Of a stretch of DNA of 64,000 nucleotides, positions 54,229 through 64,000 are shown piece after piece. Origin of the DNA: the human T2T-CHM13v2.0 reference genome, Homo sapiens; the NCBI RefSeq assembly GCF_009914755.1, contig NC_060931.1; one strand, written 5' to 3'. A program made the position numbers and the translations under genes. The notes beneath the pieces are model-generated. The model saw only the letters and a program-made list of their open reading frames with translations, had not been told where the DNA came from and searched no databases. The stretch's first letter is position 1. The number at the start of each line of letters is the position of its first letter.

Positions 54229-55335
54229 TCCCTTTACCAGGCTGTTTCACAAATGTGAAAAACTATTACCTCCATGTTCTACATATCAAAAATCTTATTC
54301 TCCTAGACCTGGTTCAAATGCCATTAATGTTATCAAGTCTGTCTTTATTCCCACCATAATTACCGTCTTCTTTCTCCTTCTATATTTCTTGTAATAGTGA
54401 TTAAACCAATCTGCCTTGAATTAGTTGATATTTATATCTCTCCTGTCTCTACTAATCTATAAATAAGGTCCTTAAAGACAGTGACATACCTTATTAATCA
54501 TTTTATTCTCCCAAGTCTAAAATAGCTAAAAGTAAAATCTATTGAAATAAACTTTTATTCCATCTAGCACTTTGCCTAAAACGTACACTATTACCCTTTC
54601 TTACTACTTTTATTTTAAAAATCAATTACATCTTATAAGACATATTTTCTTTTAGAAAAGAAATCCTATTTTAAGCGTATTAGGGGATTATAACATACAT
54701 AGATCCCAGGACACCAACACCAAAATAAGTCCTATTCAGTGAAAGAAATATATGTGTATTTCTTTTCCCCGTGGTAAGAAATTTTACTATTTTTGATATT
54801 AAAATATAATTCTTATTAAACTCCTTTAGTGTTAAAGAAAGACATGAGCATGTTCAAAATAGAAAAGCTCACAGGTGGTATTAAAAAGCAAGGAGGAGCT
54901 TCTGGAGGCATTTATACAAAACAACACAAAAGCATCTCTGGCATGAAATTACTTTCTGACATAGTCTTTAAATATGGCATTATATGTTTCCGCTTTTTAG
55001 GTATGAAAAAGAATTAGTTGATATTCAAATTCAATTACCCTTTTCTCTAGATATTCCAAATGAAAAACTTTCAGCACGCTCCATTGCTTGACTCTCATAC
55101 AAAAATATAATTAATATCTGATTATGACATTGGAATCTGAAAGTATATTTGATGAGAAATGTGGGATTAGAAGGCCTAAAGTTTCTCCATAGTGAAAATA
55201 AACCTAAACATTTAAATTAAAATACGACTATGGCTATGGAGGAAGATACAGAGAAAGATATAGGAATTCAAAATAAAAAGTCCAGCAATCAAAATAGTTC
55301 TGGCACTACTGTAAATAATTCTCTCTGAACCTAGA

Positions 55336-55596
55336 TCAATGGTTCAATCTGTGGTAAAGAACCAGTTTTTCCCAAGACATCACAAACCCCACTATTTTTG
55401 TAAAAATAACAACAACAACAAAAACATAAATTACTAGAAAAAAGATCACGTACTTAGATAAGGCAGAAATATCAAATTGCTATAAACATTTCTAAATGCT
55501 TATTCTTAATTTTTGTACTTATGTTGTCGTTGACCAGTAACAAATAGATCACAAATCAGGACCAGTCTTTAGGCCACACACTGATAGCAAGTGCTG
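55336..55596. mobile_element. hAT-Charlie-like DNA transposon fragment (subfamily uncertain)
   Basis: tcaaattgctataaa...tttctaaatgctta...gaccagtaacaaa...ccacac...tagca. Confidence 0.5.
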
Positions 55597-56099
55597 CTTA
55601 GAAAATTCACATGGCCTCTTTGTGTCTCAGTCCCCTATGTGACTGACACAGGGAAAAAATAAATAAATAAATACATTCATACATACATACATATCTTAAC
55701 AAGAGAGAAGAGATCAATTCAAATAAACAAACTAACTTTCTTTTGTTAAGCTAACAACAGTAACCATTTTTCTAAGACCATGATCACAGCACCCCTTAGA
55801 TCCCACCGCTATAACTATGTATTGACAAAGCCTGGCCCCGGAGAACCCAGAAAGTCAACAAAATGATCTATTAGACTATGTGTTCTCTGAAATAACTTAA
55901 GGAAAACTGATATGAAAGAAGAGTCATGTGATTATAGGTTTGTATTTGCAATGCAACAAACATTTCATTTACATTTCAAATCTGTGTATTATGTTGCTAG
56001 AAATGATAGCGGTATATAAACAAAATAAGAATTCTTTTTAATGAACGATGTTAAAGGCTAGAGAATTCAAGAGTTCACTGAGCTTAAAAGGTATAGCAA

Positions 56100-56403
<304 letters not shown>

Positions 56404-56448
56404 TCAGTTAGGCAGACATCTTAGACACGTCACAAAAGAACAAGTGAT

Positions 56449-56750
56449 GGCCGGGAGCGGTGGCTCACACCTGTAATCCCAGCACTTTAGGAGGCCGGGG
56501 TGGGCAGATCACCTGAGATCAGGAGTTCAAGACCAGCCTGGCCAACATGATGAAACCCCGTCTCTACTAAAAATACAAAAATTAGCCAGGTGTGGTGGTG
56601 TGCGCTTGTAGTCCCAGCTACTTGGGAGGCTGAGGCACGAGAATCACTGGAACCCAGTGGGGGCAGAGGTTGCGGTGAGCTAAGATCGCGCCATTGCACT
56701 CCAGCCTGGGCGACAGAGCGAGACTCTGTCTCAAAAAAATAAATAAATAA
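56449..56750 (+). mobile_element. AluSx-like
   Basis: Full Alu; approximate TSD aaag.acaagt.at. Confidence 0.9.
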
Positions 56751-56939
56751 AGTACAAGTAATAAAAGAAAACACAGATAAATTAAACTTCGTCAAAATGC
56801 AAAACTTTTGTGCTTCAAGGATACCATCAAGAAAGTGAAATGAAAACCTGTAGATACTGAGAAAATATTTACCAATCATATATCTGATAAGCAACTAGTA
56901 TCCAGAATATATAAATAACTCAGAACTTAACAATAAATA

Positions 56940-57268
56940 GGCCAGGTGCAGTGGCTCATGCCTGTGCTCAACACTTTGGGAGGCTCAACACTTCAGGAAG
57001 CCAAGGTGAAAGGATCGCTTGAGCCCAGGAGTTCAAGACTAGCCTGGGCAACAAAAGTGAAACCCTGTCTCTACAAAAAAATTAAATTAATTTATAATTA
57101 GTTGGGTGTAGTCGTATGCGCCTGTAATCTCAGCTACTTGAGAGGCTGAGTTGAGAGGATTCGTTGAGCCCAGGAGGTAGAGGCTACAGAGGGCCCTGAT
57201 CATACCACACTGCACTACAGCTTGGGTGACAAAGCAAGACTCTGGCTCAAAACAAACAAACAAAAAAC
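56940..57268 (+). mobile_element. AluJ with a short internal duplication (ctcaacactt twice)
   Basis: Diverged Alu with (CAAA)n tail. Confidence 0.85.
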
Positions 57269-59257
57269 AATAAAAAGCCAACCCAAATGAAAAATAAGAA
57301 AAGAATTTGAAGTGGGCATTCTCTAAAAACATACAAATGGCCAATAAGCACATAAAAAGGTGATTAACATTATTAGTCATTACAGAAGTGCAAATCAAAA
57401 CTACAGTAAGATACCACTTCACATTCACTAGGATGGCCGAAATAAAAAAGACAGTAAGTGTTGAAGAGAATTGTGGACAAATCAGAACCCCCACATATCG
57501 CTGGCTGGAACATAAAATGGTGCAGTCATTTGGAAAAAGTTTGGCAATTCCTCAAAAAATGAAACCAAAATATACCATATGATACAGTAATTTCGTTCCT
57601 AGGTATATACTCAAGAAAAATGAAAAAATATATTAACACAAAAAGTTTTACACAAATGTGCATTATTCATAATAGTCAAAAAGAGTAAACAACACAAATG
57701 TCCATCAATTGAGGATGGATGAACAAAAGGTGGCACATCCACACAGGAAGCATTATCGGGCCATAAAAGGGAATAAAGAACTGGTAATATGCTGGATGAA
57801 CCTTGAAAACATTATGCTAAGTAAAAAAAGCCAGACATACAAAGTTCTGATATATGATTCCATTTATATGAAATATCCACATTATATAAATCTGTAGAAA
57901 CAGAAATTAGATTCATAGTTGCCTAGGCCTTTGAGAGAGATGGAGGAGAAGGGTTAGGAGAAAACTGAGAGTGACTACTCATGGCATGGAGTTTCTTTTT
58001 CGTGGAGATGAAAATGTTCTAAAATTGACTGGGATTATACTTACATAATTCTGTGACCATATTAAAAACCACCTGAATTGTATACTTTAAATTAGTATAT
58101 TCTATGGTTAAATATATCTCAATAAAGTGAGTAAAAAAAAATACTTTAAGAATCCTAGACCCTACCCCTAAACTGTTGGTAAACTATGTAAAATCAAAAT
58201 GATCTCTTTTAACTCAATAAATGCATGTCTTCTCAAGCCATAATTTTAGAAGGTTTAATTTTAAAATTGCTTAAGTCTTACCCTCAATTCTGTAAATCAA
58301 TGTGCTATTCATATATAACGAGCTCAAGAAAATAATTTACCTGAGCTAATTCTTATAACTTCCTTGCAGAGATATTTTCTTCAATAGTATTTATGTTATT
58401 TTTAAATCTATAGCATACTTAATTTTTCCTCAAGTGTGAAGCAAGGACCCTGATATCGACTCTGAGTTTTGAAAAAGAAATACTTTGATAAGCACATGTG
58501 AAAGCTGGAGAATGGTACCTTCTCTGTGTTTAATTTTTGTAAAAATAATATACAGTTTTGCCCTAATCCTCTCTGGGCTTATTTATTAACAGGGCATTTA
58601 TTTGCTACTAATGACTTTGCAGCCCTGCATTTTAGTTTATGTGTACTACTTTTTCTGTTTGGATTTGTTATTGTCTTTAGCATTATACCATTCAGTTCTT
58701 GAATGAGAATTATGAGGTTTTGATTGGCAGCCTTGTTTCCTAATAATTTGGGACCATTTTTTCCCCACTTATTTTCATATATAGCTTCATAAGTGATCTT
58801 CTAATGCAGTCCAAACTCATTCAAATGTTCTTAAAAGTTTGTAAATTTTTAGTCACTAGCTATCAAGCTCATGTATCAAACACAGTGACTCCTTCCCAAG
58901 GCTCATGATGCCTATGTATAAAATTTTTCCAGGTATAAAATTTCTTTATTCTTACATGCTCATTACTCAAAAGAAAGAAGCCAAGGCACAAAGAAGTACA
59001 AGGGTTCAAGAAAAAGGCATGATATATTTGCTATAGCAAATTTAACCACTAACAGTTTTCAACACAGAATACCCTGTTGAAAAAATGATTGTGTATATGG
59101 AATCCCTAAAACTTCCAACTGCAAATCCTACAAAATTCATCTTAGCCAGTAAAACATATGAGCTATATAGTATAGAAGTTAGACAACACTCACAAACAGT
59201 TGTGTCTAACACAAAAAGGAAAATTTATTTAAGATAATCCCTAAAATTGACTGGATA

Positions 59258-59488
59258 ACAATAGTAACTCACATTTAATATGTCTTTACTATGGGTCAGG
59301 AAGTATTCTAAACTTTTTATATACCTTATCCTACTCAATCCTAAGAATAACCATAGGTTATAGATACTATTATTATCCTTAATTTGACAGATGAGAAGAC
59401 TCTGAAAAGTTAAGAAATTTGCTGGAGGTCACAGAGACAGGCAATGAAGTATTTGAACCCAGGCAGTATGTTCTTAACTACTATGTTT
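59258..59488 (-). mobile_element. MIR
   Basis: actattattatcc...acagatgagaagact...ggtcacag...atttgaacccaggcagt. Confidence 0.8.
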
Positions 59489-59491
59489 CAT

Positions 59492-59541
59492 TTTTAGAGT
59501 GACTAAGGTATGTCCTATCCCATACCTTAGTCACTCTAAAA
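59492..59541. repeat. Perfect inverted repeat, 21-bp arms and 8-nt loop
   Basis: ttttagagtgactaaggtatg-tcctatcc-cataccttagtcactctaaaa. Confidence 0.95.
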
Positions 59542-60248
59542 TAAATACCTGAAGCCAGAGCCAAAACTTTTCACATGCCACCCTTGTCAATCCTCATCTC
59601 CCATTCTCCAACCTTTCTCAGTCATGTTAGTCTTTCCACAGTTCATCAAACTATGGTCATTTCCAGCTCCGTTTCCCCTTGTCCCTCATTCCCTTAACTT
59701 ATGTAGAAAGTATTCTTCCTTCCATTCTCTACTAATTAAATTTCTATCCACCCTTACTAAATTCTAGTTCAAACTCCAACTTCTTCCATAAAACATCTAA
59801 CCACTGACACCAGTTGGCAATAGCTTCTTCCTTCTTTAACCTCTTAGAGTATTTATGGTCAATGCCACACATTTCTGCAACTGAATAAAGTTGGTAAGGT
59901 TTCCAACTATTAGATATGCATACCTTTTACCCAAAACAACACTGTAGTCCTTTCACAGGAAAGAACAGTTCCTTTCTATTGCTTATAGCATCTTGGTTCT
60001 TCTAGAAATCTAGTATTCACTCTAAGTGACTATATCTAAGGCTTGACTGACATACTTATTTGGACTACCTTTGACTGGTAGCCAGGGAGCTACTTCTTCC
60101 AATGATTCTAATAGACTAGTTATGAAAAAGTTTTAGGATACAGCAGCCTCTTGGTGTCATTAAAAAGGAAGCATAGACTAAGCATCAACCTTTCCTCCTA
60201 AAGTTTCCTTGAAATTCCTTTTGTTTGTTTTTAAAGAATAAAGCCTTG

Positions 60249-60372
60249 AGCCAGGCATGCTGGTGCATGCCTGTAGTCTCAGCTGAGGCAGGAGGATCAC
60301 TTGAGCCTAGGAGTTCAAGGCCAGCCTGAGCAACACAGCAAGACCCCATCTCTAAAAAAGAAAAAAAGAAGA
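60249..60372 (+). mobile_element. FLAM (Alu left monomer)
   Basis: Monomer; approximate TSD aaagaa.aaagc.tt. Confidence 0.85.
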
Positions 60373-60845
60373 AAGCTTTAATAAAACTGGTAATCAAGAA
60401 AAGGTAAAGAAAGTGGACCAAAATTTTTGAGTAATTCCTTGCAACTGGAAAGCAGATGAGACTGGAGTAATGAAGACACAGCAGAGGACACCTAAGCCCA
60501 GGAGGATACCAAGGAGAATAAGTGCTAGTTTTCACAAAGAGAAGACTCAGAGATGCTACAAGCAAAGATACAGGATGATGAAGAACTCATTAAAGAACTG
60601 TAATCAAAGCAGCTAGAACCCTTGGGTCCATCCTCAAAAGCAGCTGGCAGTAAAGGCTTGTGTATTCGGGCTAAATCCCAAACTCCACTCTCTCATTCTC
60701 TAAGCAAGCGAACTAGCTCCCAAAGAAGCCTTCTCCATGAGCATTGCAACCAAGAGAGAAGCTGAGCAGTGTGTCAGATAACTCTAGACTCCCTACCACC
60801 CCAGCACCAAAAAAGTATGCAGAGGGTCAAAAATCTGTAACTAGG

Positions 60846-64000
<3,155 letters not shown>

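Noticed and set aside
58341-58461. Possible minus-strand exon
   Set aside because: Very AT-rich, a stop in the most plausible frame, and no other support.
60410-60845. Possible old L1 5' UTR or HAL1 fragment
   Set aside because: Purine-rich and suggestive, but I cannot match it to a family with confidence.

Overview
AT-rich primate genomic DNA, human or a close ape (AluY and L1PA3-type elements present). Roughly 55-60% of it is interspersed repeat by eye. No protein-coding gene, RNA gene or CRISPR array is recognisable, and the long ORFs in the track are decayed L1, Tigger, Alu or LTR frames. Nearly all long L1s lie on the + strand, which suggests a large intron of a gene transcribed on the - strand; I cannot name that gene. 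Main content: about 23 Alu/FLAM/FRAM/FAM copies, a 7.2-kb L1MA bounded by a 14-bp target-site duplication (TSD), two L1PA7-like ORF2 copies, two Tigger1 copies, a Tigger2b, MaLR/ERV solo LTRs, hAT elements, L2/MIR relics, and TE-poor stretches with enhancer-like motif clusters. I see no convincing new biological system. Best leads: (1) two sibling Tigger1 copies with the same in-frame deletion of the catalytic domain; (2) two L1PA7-like copies about 18 kb apart that share private variants; (3) a perfect 21-bp-arm hairpin at 59492-59541; (4) a 42-bp tandem array inside a solo LTR; (5) a 150-nt frame-preserving candidate exon at 658-807 (-); (6) a four-tier TE nest; (7) a head-to-head inverted Alu pair about 30 bp apart. 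Subfamily calls and consensus comparisons are from memory, and boundaries of old elements are approximate.
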